From: Eledone cirrhosa
Taxonomy: Eukaryota
Length of the DNA: 64,000 nt
Direction: 5' to 3'
Assembly (NCBI GenBank): GCA_964016885.1
Contig: OZ024745.1
Location: 6,200,001 to 6,264,000, forward strand
The first letter of the stretch is position 1. Every line of letters starts with the position of its first letter. The notes under the pieces are model-generated. The model did not search any database, was not told the origin of the DNA, and worked only from the letters and a program-made list of their open reading frames with translations. The position numbers and the translations under genes were made by a program. Shown here one piece after another: positions 10,680 through 24,731 of this stretch.

Positions 10680-10863
10680 CAAAGAAACTGTGGTAAGGAA
10701 CCAGATGGACCATAACGCACCAGAGTACTCAATACTTAGAGTACTAGAGTGGGAAATATGAAAACGTATGACCCCGACGGCAGAGCTCAAGCCGTTTCGA
10801 CGGCTATTTCAGTCCAGAAATAGCCGTCGAAACGGCTTGAGCTCTGCCGTCGGGGTCATACTT

Positions 10864-10870
<7 letters not shown>
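10678..10870 (-). mobile_element. Fold-back mini-insertion of a sister subfamily of the 5171-10650 PLE
   Basis: Diverged reverse complement of the pLTR 3' end, followed by an inverted copy of the hammerhead 3' half (TAGCCGTCGAAACGGCTTGAGCTCTGCCGTCGGGG); flanked by (TA)n. Confidence 0.85.
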
Positions 10871-10910
<40 letters not shown>

Positions 10911-11059
10911 GTATAAATTTAGTATAAATATCAAAGGGCAAGCGCATTGAGTCCCTAGGACGAGTTAAGTATAATTAGTTACAACAGTGACATTTACGGG
11001 TACTTAAGTTTCGTTGGGTTATGCACCCCAACTCATTCAACTTGTTATATAAAGAAAGA

Positions 11060-12023
11060 TAGCCATGTATGCATATATAATATGTATGTATGTGTGTATG
11101 TATGTATGATTGTATGTATGTGCGTGTGTATGTGTACGTGTATGTATGCATACGCATGTTATAGATGTATGTGTTCATATATATATATATCTATGCCTAT
11201 ATTTGTATATTTGTATATTTGTGTGTGTATATTTATGCATGTCTGTATATAGTTATCTATTTATGTATGTAACACTCTGTCTGTATGCATATATATATGT
11301 ATGTATGTATATATATATGTATATATATACATATATGTATATATATATATATATGTGTGTGTGTGCGTGGGTGTATATGTGTGTATGCACAGGTGTGTGT
11401 ATGCACGTGTGTGTGTATGTACATGTGTGTGTATGCACGTGTGTGTGTATGTACGTGTGTGTGTATGTACGTGTGTGTGTGTGTATGCACGTGTGTGTAT
11501 GTACGTGTGTGTGTATGTATGTGTGTGTACGTGTGTGTGCGTGTTACGTGTGTGTAGGTACGTGTATGTGTATGTACGTGTGTGTGTACGTGTGTGTGTG
11601 TCTACGTGTGCCTGTGTACGTGTGTGTGTGTACGTGTGTGTGTGTACGAGTGTGTGTGTGTACGTGTGTGTGTGTACATGTGTGTGTACGTGTGAATGTG
11701 TATGTGTGTGTGTGTACGTCTGTGTGTGTACGTGTGTGTGTGTGTACGTGTGCGTACGTCTGTGTGTGTACGCATGAATTAATGCATGAAATGTGTATTT
11801 ATTCTGTGTGTACTTGTAATCTTGTCAATTAAGTACATCCGTTTACCTGTATGTGTGTGTAGATATATGTGTGTGTGTGTATATATCTGTGTATGTATAT
11901 ACGTGTGTATGTATGTATATATATATATGTGTGTGTATGTGTATGTATGTATATATATATATATGTGTGTGTGTGTATGTATGTGTGTGTATGTATGTAT
12001 GTATATATGTCTCTGTGTGTATG

Positions 12024-12055
<32 letters not shown>

Positions 12056-12317
12056 TATATATGTGTGTGTGTGTATGTATATATATATATATATGTGTGT
12101 GTGTGTATGTGTGTATATATATATATATGTGTGTATGTGTATGTATATATATATATATATATATATACATATGTGTGTGTGTGTGCATGTATGTATATAT
12201 ATATGTGTGTGTGTGTATGTATGTATATATATATATAAATATATGTGTGTGTGTATGTATGTATATATATGTGTGTGTGTGTGTATGTGTGTATATATAT
12301 ATGCGTGTGTGTTTATG

Positions 12318-12349
<32 letters not shown>

Positions 12350-12545
12350 TGTGTGTGTGTGTGCATGTATGTATATATATGTGTGTGTGTGTGTGTGTGT
12401 ATTTATGCAAGTCTTCATGTATTTATCTATTTATGAATGTATATATATATATATATGTATACACGTGTGTATGTATGTGTATGTGCATGCATATGTGTGT
12501 GTATGTAGATGCATGCGTGTTTGTGTGTCTGTGTCTGTGTGTCTC
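11060..12545. repeat. Compound (GT/AT/GTAC) microsatellite
   Basis: Direct inspection. Confidence 0.9.
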
Positions 12546-12944
12546 CATATCCAACACACATGTGTCTGAAGCTAGTCAATAGCCTTATTCTCTCATATCC
12601 AGTTGGCTTTCATAGCTTTCAGGCAATCTCCTCGCTTCTCAATTTGATCTGCGTCTTGTACTTAACATAGCGAATTGAGAAATTTATCTTGTTCGTTAAC
12701 TGTTTCGTGAGTATTTCACCTGACCCTTGCCATCAGCACAGCGAGACCTTACACGAGAGCCTAACATTTCGCCAACAGCACTATCACTGACGCTGTTTAC
12801 AGGAGATAGGCCATCACAATCCTTTGCCTACTTTCCTTTGATGTTCTTATCAATTAATAAGGCTTTGTTAACACCACTTCATAACTCCAAAGACGGACAG
12901 AGTCGCGTTAATAATTAGCATCAAACAATATATATATATTGATG

Positions 12945-12975
<31 letters not shown>

Positions 12976-13073
12976 TTTACATATCTACATCAATATATTT
13001 ATATATATATTGATGTATATGTATGTATGCATGAATGCATGTATGCACGCACATATTTATGTATGTATATATA

Positions 13074-13116
<43 letters not shown>

Positions 13117-13519
13117 GTATATATATGTGTGTGTATGTGTGTGCACGATTGCATGTATGTCTTATGCATGCATGGATGCCTGTATATACATATATATGTG
13201 TGTGTGTGTATGTTGAGCTGCATCTCAGTTGTCATCACTGCCCCGTAATGAAAGCTCTTTCAGATGGAAGTAGATAAGGTAATAAGATTGGTGAGGGCGA
13301 TGGCGGAGAAGGTCTTCACCTCACATAACCTTACTGTACTCCACAGACAAAAGAGTTCCTTTTAGTTTTAAGTAGATTTATTGTGTTGTTCACTTAATAC
13401 TTCTTAAACGATTTTCAAATAGCTTTAACGTGCATTTGGACTGGAACTAACACCACTCGTGAATTCCATTCTATTTCTATTAACTCTGTGCGTGTATGGT
13501 GTGTGTGTTGTGTGTGTGT

Positions 13520-13606
<87 letters not shown>

Positions 13607-13656
13607 ATAAATGCGTCCTATAAACATACATCTTCCGTGTGTGTTTATATATAAAC

Positions 13657-13975
13657 GTGAAGGTCCGTTGCTTAGTGGTTAGATCGTTAGAGTGACAATG
13701 GTGAGGTTGTGAATTCCATTCCTAGACTGAGCTGTGCGTGACGTCCTTAAGCAAGAAACTTGATTTCACGTTACTCCAGTTCACTCAGCTGGAAAAAATG
13801 TGTTGCGATGTCACTGGGGCCAAAATGTATTGGCCATTGCTTCCCCTTTGGACATCATCAGCGGCGTAGAAAGGGGAGACTGGTATGTATGACTGCTGGT
13901 CTTTCACACTTTCCCCAGGCTTGTGTCATAGATAGGAACTTTCTAGGTACCTGCCTGTTTAGCTGTCTCCATTAG
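13657..13975 (+). mobile_element. tRNA-derived SINE (degenerate)
   Basis: A-box-like TTGCTTAGTGG and B-box-like GAATTCCATTCC, then a body (TCCTTAAGCAAGAAACTT..TTTCACGTTACTCCAGTTCACTCAGCTG) shared with 15195-15510 and 32331-32524. Confidence 0.7.
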
Positions 13976-14599
13976 CAACGTGATTTTAATGCTGACCAGG
14001 GGTAAGTTAGCTTCTAAATATTCCTTTGTTATGAATAAACATGGCGAAAGTGTTAATAGCAATATGTTGAATACAATTAAACTTAATTGTTTGGATATGT
14101 AGATATATAGATACTTAACCAGCTTTCAGATTTACCAAAACATCCCCATTAGTCAACGGTATTCTCTATATTATTCTCTATTATATGTATAAATCAGAAC
14201 ATTCGTTGGTAACGTGTTTAATTAATTATTTGTTTCACACACAACTCAATATGTATTACATAATTTGGAACTTTCAAATCAGTTATACCTACAATATTTC
14301 AATTAAAAGACTAGATACTAATTGTAAACAAATGTAAATAGATTTTTTTAATATATTTCTCCAAGTCAGAAAAATATTGAAATTATTCTAACTAGTTTCA
14401 TTTCTACATTGAAATTCACCAGAGAACAAGTACCCTAATTTTGTGTCTATGGAGAGATTGATGGTTTATAGCTATTTATATAAACATATATGAAGGAGGT
14501 CGCCAAAGATGATAAGGATACAAATAATAATAATAACGTTTTGCAGCAGAAATGATGAGATAATTATAAACGTCAGCATGAAGTTTATTTTAAAGTGAC

Positions 14600-15770
14600 A
14601 ATCAAGAAAATTAACAACACAGCGAGATGAAACAACTGTAAGAGATACTATGCGCATCCACATATCACACATATATTGATCATAAAGAAGTTTTTTTAGA
14701 TATGTTTTCAGGAATCATTAGAAATCATCACAGCCACATTATTTCCATAATACATTTTAAAGCCATTTGTATGACAATAAACTACTAATAGAAAACATTG
14801 AATCTTTCGCTGCAGATGGTATCTCTGCTCTAATGGGCGAGAAAAATGGCTGCTTAACATTGATGAAAGACATTCCCGAAACTTGTACACTGTGTTATTC
14901 TGAGAAAATGCTAAAATCGTGTCACCTATTTAAATGAGATATTGAAGTCAGTAATAAAATATTTCAACACAATCGAAATTAATGCTAAACGTGGGCGTCT
15001 TTTTAAATAGTTTTGGGTGGATAAAAATACAAATGAAGATTATTGTTTTACTTTGATCTAAAGTAATTGTCTGCTTGAAAAGATTCATGGAACAATTTGA
15101 TATTTTTAGTAACATTTAACGGGACAAACCTGAAATTAGGTTCCTCTTAAAAGACAATAGCAGAGTTTTATTAATTTGGGGGCATGTACTTTTACGTGGA
15201 TTCTTTGTGGCTAGAATGTTCAGTTCACGATTATAAGATTGTGATTTCGATCCCCGGTTTAAGTGGCGCATTATGTCCTTCAGAAAGACACTTTATTTCA
15301 TGTTGCTCCGGTTAACACAAATGGCCAAATGATTTGAACTTGAAGGGGCCTGCCTTATCACACATCGTGTCACGCTGAATTTCCCTGAGAACTCGAGTCT
15401 GAGAAATGCTCAGCTCCATATATGTTCATTTCACGAGTAGACAATTCCATTGGTCGAATAAACTGGAGCGCTCGTCGTCTGAAACGATGGAAGACCAACA
15501 AGAAGAAGAGAGTTTTTAAAAAGCTAAATTATATTAGCTAAATAACATCAAGGAGAATCTATAACTATCGTTGATTCAAAGACAAAGATATTTGGCTTCA
15601 TTACATTTCTGGGACTATGTCAAGAAAAATAATTTTGCAAGAAAATATATCCAAGTTATTTAAAAGAAATAAGTGTGAAATAACTGATAGTGTTTCTATC
15701 ATTGAAGATCAATTGGAAGAAATACAGGCCTGGGATTTAAATTACAGATTTTCTGGTATAAAAGAAATAA
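14600..15770 (+). pseudogene. Decayed hAT (Buster/Charlie-like) transposase, interrupted by a SINE
   Basis: Frameshifted fragments read DETTVRD, ADGISALMGEKNGCLTLMKD, VHCVI-like, LNEILKSVIK, LKRFMEQFD and KTKIFGFITFLGLCQ. These resemble the hAT DDE core and the C(2)H motif region. Confidence 0.7.
15195..15510 (+). mobile_element. tRNA-derived SINE nested in the hAT remnant
   Basis: B-box-like GATTTCGATCCCC; body TGTCCTTCAGAAAGACACTTTATTTCATGTTGCTCC. Confidence 0.65.
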
Positions 15771-16553
15771 GATTTCCGTTTTGACTAACTTAACCATTGT
15801 TAGTGGACCATTCTGAAGTGGATATGGAATACCAAGAACAGTCTGGAAGAAAACATCTTTTAAGTAAAAAGGACCATGATGTGGCTTAGTAATGAAATAA
15901 AGGTTAAATAGAAAAAATTTAACTTGTTCTGCGAGAGAGCTTCTGTTATCATTATTTAGTGGTACTTGGTTTGGGTTGGCCAGCCGCAGGTGTGAACCCC
16001 GCGAGCTGGAATGGCTTTTCCAGCGCGTCTCCCTTGTCGTCCTCCGGGGTAACGCCTTCTCCATTCTGTCTGCCAGTGACTTATTATAGAAACAAGAACG
16101 GCCTGAATATAAGAGAAATAAGAATGTTTGTGTCTGAAATCAAAACAGTAGTAAACATCAGCCTTTAAAAAATCTACATCAAGATTATCGATCTTTGAAG
16201 TTGTATTTTTACCGAATATTATAAATCTAAAGTTGTATTGTTGACTAAATACCTTTTTGTGCATTTAAAATTGTAATTTCGCAGCTATTTTATTTTTTTT
16301 GTTGAAATGATAAAGTTAACTTCAATTTCAATTTAATTTTTTATTCATATTTAATGTAAGTAGGTGAGCATTCCAGGCACATGTACTCTTAACATAGTTC
16401 TCTGGGAGATTCAGCATGTCACAGAATGTTACAAAATTGGCCCTTCATTTTTGTCAGCTAAGTGGATTGGAGCCACGTGGAATAAATTGCCTTGACATAG
16501 AAACATACATAACTTATAATATACAGAGCCACACATGTAATGACCACAACACC

Positions 16554-16556
<3 letters not shown>

Positions 16557-16643
<87 letters not shown>
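16557..16643. repeat. (GA)n microsatellite
   Basis: Direct inspection. Confidence 0.95.
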
Positions 16644-16646
<3 letters not shown>

Positions 16647-16799
16647 TTAACTGTGAGAGATAATTACCTGTTTGATGTCTAAATTCCAATGAAAAAGTCA
16701 TGTCTGTGTTAGAAACCGTTTCTCTGGTAGTGAGAAATTTCAAAAAATATAACCAGAATATACATACATACATACACACACATATATACGTACATATAT

Positions 16800-17578
16800 G
16801 ATGGCTGCCCCCTCGTTATCGAGTATGGCCATTGCACGATATACCATTATTAATAATTATTAATTAATGCAGTCGTGCAATGCCTGTGCGTGACGAATAT
16901 TTTTAAAGTGAGGAAAGACTGTGCACTGAGCCAATCCCACTCTCTGGGCGACAGTAGCTGTAACCCGAAAAGAAGAAAAGATCAACATCATCGGTAACTA
17001 CTGAGCCTCAGGTTTTATGTCGGAGTTATCCCAGTTTCCTGAGTTGCCTTCTCTTAGAAGAAAGCCCTGACAGGGGATAGGGGTCCTTCACTCCCAGTGG
17101 TTTAACCGCGCGATTGGGTGTCCAGCCCGACTATTTCTATGTCCCCGCGCATATACATACACATGCACCCATGTATATACACATATACATACACATGCAC
17201 CCATGTATATACACATATACATACACATGCACCCATGTATATACACATACACATACACATGCACCCATGTATATACACATATACATACACATGCACCCAT
17301 GTATATACACATATACATACACATGCACCCATGTATATACACATATACATATACATACATATGTACATGTGTATATACATATTTACACATTTTTGGATGG
17401 CCGTTGACTCTTATGAGTTCTTCCGCCCTTTGTCAGGTTTTTTTGTCCTGCAGGGTGCCCCAAATCCCCCTCCTCACCAAGTAAACTTGGTGGGGTTGCC
17501 GGTTTAGTCGCCGACGACCACGCGACAAGTTGTACTGGGTTACATGTTACCAGTAGCACTCCAGAGTGACCCGACATA
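16800..17578 (-). mobile_element. Bipartite non-autonomous RTE-derived element (structured 5' head + RTE 3' terminal hairpin)
   Basis: 3' end TGGCCATACTCGATAACGAG..CAGCCAT is shared with the RTE at 29976-30010. The body is the reverse complement of 31051-31505 and is similar to 30186-30575. Contains an internal ~30-bp minisatellite at 17150-17345. Confidence 0.8.
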
Positions 17579-17659
17579 CATAGGGACCACTATATACACC
17601 GCTCCCTACTCACGCCTGTCACACCTCTTCAATGTGTCTTAACTCTGCTACTGACTGTC

Positions 17660-18061
17660 GTGTGTGTGGTTGTGTGTGTGTGGCTGTGTGTGTATGTATG
17701 TGGCTAGCTGTGTGTGTGTGTGGCTGTGTGTGTATGTATGTGGCTAGCTGTCTGTGTGTGTGGCTGTGTGTGTATGTATGTGGCTAGCTGTGTGTGTGTG
17801 TGGCTGTGTGTGTAAGTATGTGGCTAGCTGTGTGTGTGTGTGGCTGTGTGTGTAAGTATGTGGCTAGCTGTGTGTGTGTGTGTGTGTGTGTGTGTGGCTG
17901 TGTGTGTATGTATGTGGCTAGCTGTGTGTGGCTGTGTGTGTATGTATGTGGCTAGCTGTGTGTGTGTGTGTGGCTGTGTGTGTAAGTATGTGGCTAGCTG
18001 TGTGTGTAAGTATGTGGCTAGCTGTGTGTGTGTGTGGCTGTGTGTGTAAGTATGTGGCTAG

Positions 18062-18093
<32 letters not shown>

Positions 18094-18613
18094 CTGTGTG
18101 TGTAAGTATGTGGCTAGCTGTGTGTGTGTGTGTGTATGTGAGTGTAAGTATGTGGCTAGCTGTGTGTGTGTGTGTGGCTGTGTGTGTAAGTATGTGGCTA
18201 GCTGTGTGTGTGTGTGTATGTGAGTGTAAGTATGTGGCTAGCTGTGTGTATGTGGCTGTGTGTGTAAGTATGTGGCTAGCTGTGTGTGTGTGTGTGGCTG
18301 TGTGTGTAAGTATGTGGCTAGCTGTGTGTGTGTGTGTGGCTGTGTGTGTAAGTATGTGGCTAGCTGTGTGTGTGTGTGTGGCTGTGAGTGTAAGTATGTG
18401 GCTAGCTGTGTGTGTGTGTGTGGCTGTGTGTAAGTATGTGGCTAGCTGTGTGTGTGTGTGTGGCTGTGTGTGTAAGTATGTGGCTAGCTGTGTGTGTGTG
18501 TGTGGCTGTGTGTGTAAGTATGTGGCTAGCTGTGTGTGTGTGTGTGGCTGTGTGTGTAAGTATGTGGCTAGCTGTGTGTGTGTGTGTGGCTGTGTGTGTA
18601 AGTATGTGGCTAG

Positions 18614-18659
<46 letters not shown>

Positions 18660-18775
18660 GTATGTGGCTAGCTGTGTGTGTGTGTGTGTATGTGTGTGTA
18701 TGTATGTGGCTAGCTGTGTGTGTGGCTGTGTGTGTATGCCTGTGTGTGTATGTATGTGGCTAGCTGTGTGTGTGT
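17660..18775. repeat. Minisatellite built on (GT)n with GGCT..GTAAGTATGTGGCTAGCT units
   Basis: Direct inspection. Confidence 0.9.
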
Positions 18776-18935
18776 CAATTCAATGGTCAACGTCTCACCA
18801 ACTCCACCGCTCTCTTTATGGCGGGTTTATCACTTAATTTCAAATATATGACTTCACGGTCAGCCATTAAATGTTGGGTTGGCGACATTCTGGCCTCTCA
18901 AACGCTAACACCTGTATGTATATATATACATGTGT

Positions 18936-18997
<62 letters not shown>

Positions 18998-19132
18998 ATA
19001 CTTCGGGAGGGTCATGTTGCCAATAAGAAACACACGCACCAGTTGCTTTCACTTCAATTTAATTTATTATATATTTATAAATTTCTGGTTGGTTGGTTGG
19101 TTCCACAACCAGATAGTTGTTTATATATATAT

Positions 19133-19177
19133 AGTCATAGTTCTTTCGTCACACACTCTGTGACCTCTTCAGTGACT
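19133..19177 (-). ncRNA. Minimal hammerhead ribozyme (inverted pLTR)
   Basis: Reverse complement of 24003-24047. Confidence 0.75.
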
Positions 19178-19460
19178 GGGGATTTCTTTCTTCGTTTCTG
19201 TGCCTTTCCTTTCTTCTAACCTACGCCATTTTGTTTGTGTGTGGGTTGCGTGCTCAGTTTGCGCATGCGCCACATCCGGGTGTCTGTGTGTGTTTGTGTT
19301 CATTTTTCTATTTTTCTATTTATATTTTTCTATTTGTTTGTTTATTTATTTATTTATTGTTGGTTGGTTGTTTGTTCTATGTGTGTGTGTGTTTTCATTT
19401 TGTGTGTGTTTTCAATTGTAAGTTGTTTGTTTTATGTGTGTGTGTGTTTTCATTTTGTCC

Positions 19461-20517
19461 TTAATTGTAAGTTGTGATGTTGCTGTTCCACTCATATTTT
19501 CTATTTAATTTTGGTTTTAATTCTTTTTTTATGCTTACTGCCTCTGTAATTTGCCTAAACATTGCGTCTTTCTTGTGTGTGGATTCTATTTTTATTTCTA
19601 TGCTCTCTAATTTACCCCTGTGTTCTATCTTAGCATGTTGGTAGAGCACAGATGATTCTTTATTATCTTGGAGGTCTCGCCAGTGTTCATTTATTCGTTC
19701 CCCTATACTACGAGCTGTCTCACCTATGTACACTATATTTTTGTTTCTACATTGTCCTTCAGTACATCTTATGCTATATACTACATTTCTAGTTTTACAG
19801 TTAATATGGGGGCTTATTTTACAGGTTATACATTTCTTATCTATACATGAGGGTCTTTGGAACGGGTATGTCTTGCTAATAAGTGTTTTTACGGAGGTAC
19901 CAGGTCTTTCTACTATCTTAATATTGAGATTATGTTTCTTTAGGGCCCTTCTAAATTTGTAGGCTAGTTCGCCTCTAGGGGTTGTATTGATGAACATTAC
20001 GCTCTGGTATTTATTGCTATCATACCATGAGTTTATTCTATTGGCCTTGTTCTTAGTTCTTTCTATTCTATTCCAAAATTTGCTCCTATACAAGGGGCAG
20101 GTCCCATTTATGTCATTATTTACCATTTTTTCCCATTTGGTTCTGGCTCCTTTATACACTCTGATTCTATCTCTCTGATTGTAGCCAGAGAACTGCATAC
20201 GGTGGATGAAATGTTGTATGTGTCTCTCTAGTTCTTCGGGGTTGCACATGCGGGACACATTTCTCATCACCCGTACCAAATCCGCAATCAGTATGTTGAT
20301 TTTGGTATGGTCCGAAATGGCCGAGTTTCGGTGGATCAGATGTTTGGAGGTCATGGGTTTGGCATAATGGGAATGGAGGATTTGTTTTTGGTTGTTAATT
20401 GTATCTAACCAGAGCTCTGTGTCTAGTACAGGTAATCGATGGTTGGGGTGTCTACTTGGGTAGTCTATAGTAACTCTAATGCTCTGGTGGATGGAGTTTG
20501 CTATTTGCTGGATGCTT
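19461..20517 (-). pseudogene. RT thumb + GIY-YIG endonuclease, inverted 5'-truncated copy
   Basis: ..KPMTSK..LIADLVRVMRN..MQFSGY..CIDKKCITC..NVVYSIRC..VYIGETARS..EH..RQITEA..LN. Confidence 0.9.
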
Positions 20518-23500
20518 GATAGCAGATAGGCTAAAACGAACTTTAATTCTAAACATAAAAAAGAAGATCTATAGAGAACTAAGTCATCAAGAAAAACTAA
20601 AGCGTAACCTAATACAAGAAATATCTAAAATCACCACACCAGCAGAAAAACTAACATTTATAAGCCTTATACGCCCCGAAGAACAGTACATTACTCAAGA
20701 ATGTAATAAGCACTTTAACAGAAAATTAAAGTGGCTTAAACAGGCAAAGCTAAATCGGGATACTATAGAGTATACCAATAGATATCCCGACAAAATTGAC
20801 GGTATCAACATGGCCGACACCTCATTATCTGAAGAGTTCAACAATGAAAATACCAACATTTATGGAAACACGGAAATAGATAATAATGAAATGTCTGTGT
20901 TACGTCTGCCACCCAAATTTGCGACAATCAAGAAGGTAAATATGATTAGTTGTCTGTCAGAAATAGAAAAATCATTTACGAAACTACGCTGGAGCATCAA
21001 GATCAAAAACAAAAGCAACAATATACGCACACACATATACAACACACATCCCAACAACAACAGACACACAGACACAAACAACAATAACAACAACAATAGC
21101 AACATACCCAGATACAACAACAACAATAGCAACATACCCAGATACAACAACAACAATAGCAACATACCCAGATACAACAACAGACACGCAGACACAAACA
21201 ACAATAACAACACACACGGAGACAACAATAACAACAACACACACATCAACAACAACAACAATAGCAACATACCCAGATACAACAACAACAGACACGCAAA
21301 CACAAACAACAATAACAACACACACAACAACGATAACACACACACACACGGAGACAACAACAACACACATCAACAACAACACACATCAACAACAACAACA
21401 CACACGCATTCAATGCCACTCACCACCACCACAATCTTAACAAACACACACACACAGAAAACAAGTAATGACAGTAGCACAGAAATCAGAGAAATAAGAG
21501 AAAGTAATAGGATTAAAAGGAAAAGGAGATGGGAGACTAAGGACAAAGAGAATAACCAAGACGAACACACAGACACACAAAATAGGGTAGATAACAACAT
21601 TGAGCCAGTGGAAAGAGACAGGAGTAATTATGAGAGACATAGAAACAACCATGAAGCTGAGGCTGCTGCTGTTGGTGGAAATAGAAACAACACAACTAAC
21701 AATAACAATAGCACTAGTACACATAAAGCAGCAGCCTGGAACTCTCCGTTTTATAACCCCTCCGATAAATCATTCGACCTACGACGAGTCCACGCCACGA
21801 CTTTGCCATTTAACAAACGCACGCAGTTGCCGTCGCAGGTCGATGAACAAACAGAAGCACAATTTAGTATAGCTAAATCCGAACTTAGAAATATTATAGA
21901 ACAGTATAGCAAGAAGCATAATAGAATAGAGGCCCAGCAACTGGGAGAAGAATATGCAAATGGCTTGCGTAAGCTCATGCAGAGCTCGCGTAATGGAGAG
22001 ATAGCATGCTTTCCAACAGACAAGTCTGGCAGAATGTCGGTTGACAGCCTGCCAAACTACATCCAGGCAATGCAACCCCACATCACTAACACAAGAGAGG
22101 TAACACCACAGGAGCATGAGGATAGAGAAAAACCCTCAATGCCCACATGGTGATGTGGACAAATATAATGCAGCCCAACAAAAGGACTGCCAACAACTTC
22201 CAGGCCTGGAACAATGACGTGCCGGCGTTGTATGGGCTTCGAAAAGACCATAAAACGGGCTGGGACCCTGTCGCGGGACCACCAACACGGCCAGTCTGTG
22301 GGGCTAACATTGCTAGTAACTACAGACTGTCCTACTTCCTCTCCCTGATCATACGCCCCATCATTGAGATGTCCCCAGATGTGTGTGACAGCACGGAGGA
22401 CCTCCTCAGCAGAATCGGCGCGGGTAACCGATCTGGGGACCTAACAAACTGCATAATAGGCAGTATGGATGTTGTGTCCCTGTATCCATCTATTGACGTG
22501 GATTTTGCTGTGGAGAAATGCGTCGAAATGATCAGCGAGAGCAAGGTTGAGTTCCGTGGGATTGATACCAGTGAGCTGGGACTTCTACTTAAGCTTACCC
22601 ATAGTAATAGTTACCTAGACACTTATGACCTTAGCAACCTGTGCCCTACAAGACCAGCAAGAGGCAGACCACCTACCATCACCTCAATGGCCAAGAAAAC
22701 CCACACAGATAGATGGAACGGGTGGACCAGAGCCATACGGACACCCGAAAACCACGATGAACTGAAGAAAATGATTGCACATGCGGTAGGGGCCAGCATA
22801 AAATTAACCCTTAAGGAACATATGTTCAAATTTAATGGTAAAACATATGCCCAAGAGGAAGGAGCAGCCATTGGTGTTAGCATTGCAGGCGACATAGCTA
22901 ACTTATTCATGGTATGGTGGGACAGTAGACTTAAACAAAAACTTAATGAACAATTAGAAGACAGCTTAACCCTGATAATGTACTCCCGCTACGTAGATGA
23001 TATAAACATCGTAGTTAAGACACCCCCACTAAAGAACAGTCAGGAACTAGAGAAAAACACAATGGAAAGCATCCAGCAAATAGCAAACTCCATCCACCAG
23101 AGCATTAGAGTTACTATAGACTACCCAAGTAGACACCCCAACCATCGATTACTCATGGTATGATAGCAATAAATACCAGAGCGTAATGTTCATCAATACA
23201 ACCCCTAGAGGCGAACTAGCCTACAAATTTAGAAGGGCCCTAAAGAAACATAATCTCAATATTAAGATAGTAGAAAGACCTGGTACCTCCGTAAAAACAC
23301 TTATTAGCAAGACATACCCGTTCCAAAGACCCTCATGTATAGATAAGAAATGTATAACCTGTAAAATAAGCCCCCATATTAACTGTAAAACTAGAAATGT
23401 AGTATATAGCATAAGATGTACTGAAGGACAATGTAGAAACAAAAATATAGTGTACATAGGTGAGACAGCTCGTAGTATAGGGGAACGAATAAATGAACAC

Positions 23501-23719
23501 TGGCGAGACCTCCAAGATAATAAAGAATCATCTGTGCTCTACCAACATGCTAAGATAGAACACAGGGGTAAATTAGAGAGCATAGAAATAAAAATAGAAT
23601 CCACACACAAGAAAGACGCAATGTTTAGGCAAATTACAGAGGCAGTAAGCATAAAAGAATTAAAACCAAAATTAAATAGAAAATATGAGTGGAACAGCAA
23701 CATCACAACTTACAATTAA
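20518..23719 (+). pseudogene. PLE ORF (Asn-rich N-terminus, RT, GIY-YIG), broken by a frameshift near 22140 and a ~400-bp deletion at 23152
   Basis: LPPKFA, LRWS, PTDKSGR, LYGLRKDHK, PTRPVC, SMDVVSLYPSI, QEEGAAIG, YSRYVDDI; EN motifs VVY..YIGET. Confidence 0.9.
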
Positions 23720-24002
23720 GGACAAAATGAAAACACACACACACATAAAACAAACAACTTACAATTGAAAACACACACAAAATGAAAACACACACACACA
23801 TAGAACAAACAACCAACCAACAATAAATAAATAAATAAACAAACAAATAGAAAAATATAAATAGAAAAATAGAAAAATGAACACAAACACACACAGACAC
23901 CCGGATGTGGCGCATGCGCAAACTGAGCACGCAACCCACACACAAACAAAATGGCGTAGGATAGAAGAAAGGAAAGGCACAGAAACGAAGAAAGAAATCC
24001 CC

Positions 24003-24047
24003 AGTCACTGAAGAGGTCACAGAGTGTGTGACGAAAGAACTATGACT
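24003..24047 (+). ncRNA. Minimal type I hammerhead ribozyme
   Basis: Stem I AGTCA/TGACT; core CTGAAGA 24008-24014; extra G; stem II GTCACA/TGTGAC; GAAA 24033-24036; 2-bp stem III; CUA triplet. Confidence 0.78.
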
Positions 24048-24258
24048 ATATATATATAAACAACTATCTGGTTGTGGAACCAATCAACCAACCAGAAATT
24101 TATAAATTTGTAAATTTATAAATATATAATAAATTAAATTGAAGTGAAAGCAACTGGTGCGTGTGTTTCTTATTGGCAACATGACCCTCCCAAAGTATAA
24201 CAATATCGGTTTCAACACACGATTTCAGATAAAGAATCTTGCTAAACAAATTCAGAAA

Positions 24259-24336
<78 letters not shown>

Positions 24337-24731
24337 TTGTATTGGAACATAACTTAACAACCGGCTCAACCCCGATCTAATCCGCCGTGACCTTTCTCCG
24401 AACTTTACACACCTTCCCACACTTGGTCTTTCCTTCCACGCATTACCTCTGTTTGATTTTGTTACCGTACCTTTTTTTTCCGTATATGATTCTTTGCCTG
24501 TGTTCTTACAATTTTATTTCTATGATTTTTTGTTCACGATCGCCTGCGTTTTTACCTTTATGATTTTTTGTCTTTAATTTTCCTGTGTTTACTCCCCCCT
24601 CCCTACGTGTTTCTGTTTCTTTTTCCCTTCCCCGTCTCTGCCTATCCTTCGCACTCACCCCTTCGGCCACTCCACCCCGCTTCACACCCCTTCCCTCTCA
24701 TCCCTCCCCCTGCTTTCACCCAACGCCCATC

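Larger units (their letters stand above)
18990..24261 (+). mobile_element. Penelope-like element, second lineage (DKSG/GAAIG/YVDD; possibly Nematis-like), with a large inverted 5' segment
   Basis: Inverted segment 18990-20517 mirrors 23068-24205; forward segment 20518-24261; (TA)n flanks. Confidence 0.9.

Noticed and set aside
11110-13631. Many [12 protein letters not shown] ORFs (also at 17-18, 39-40 and 50-51 kb)
   Set aside because: Translations of dinucleotide microsatellites.
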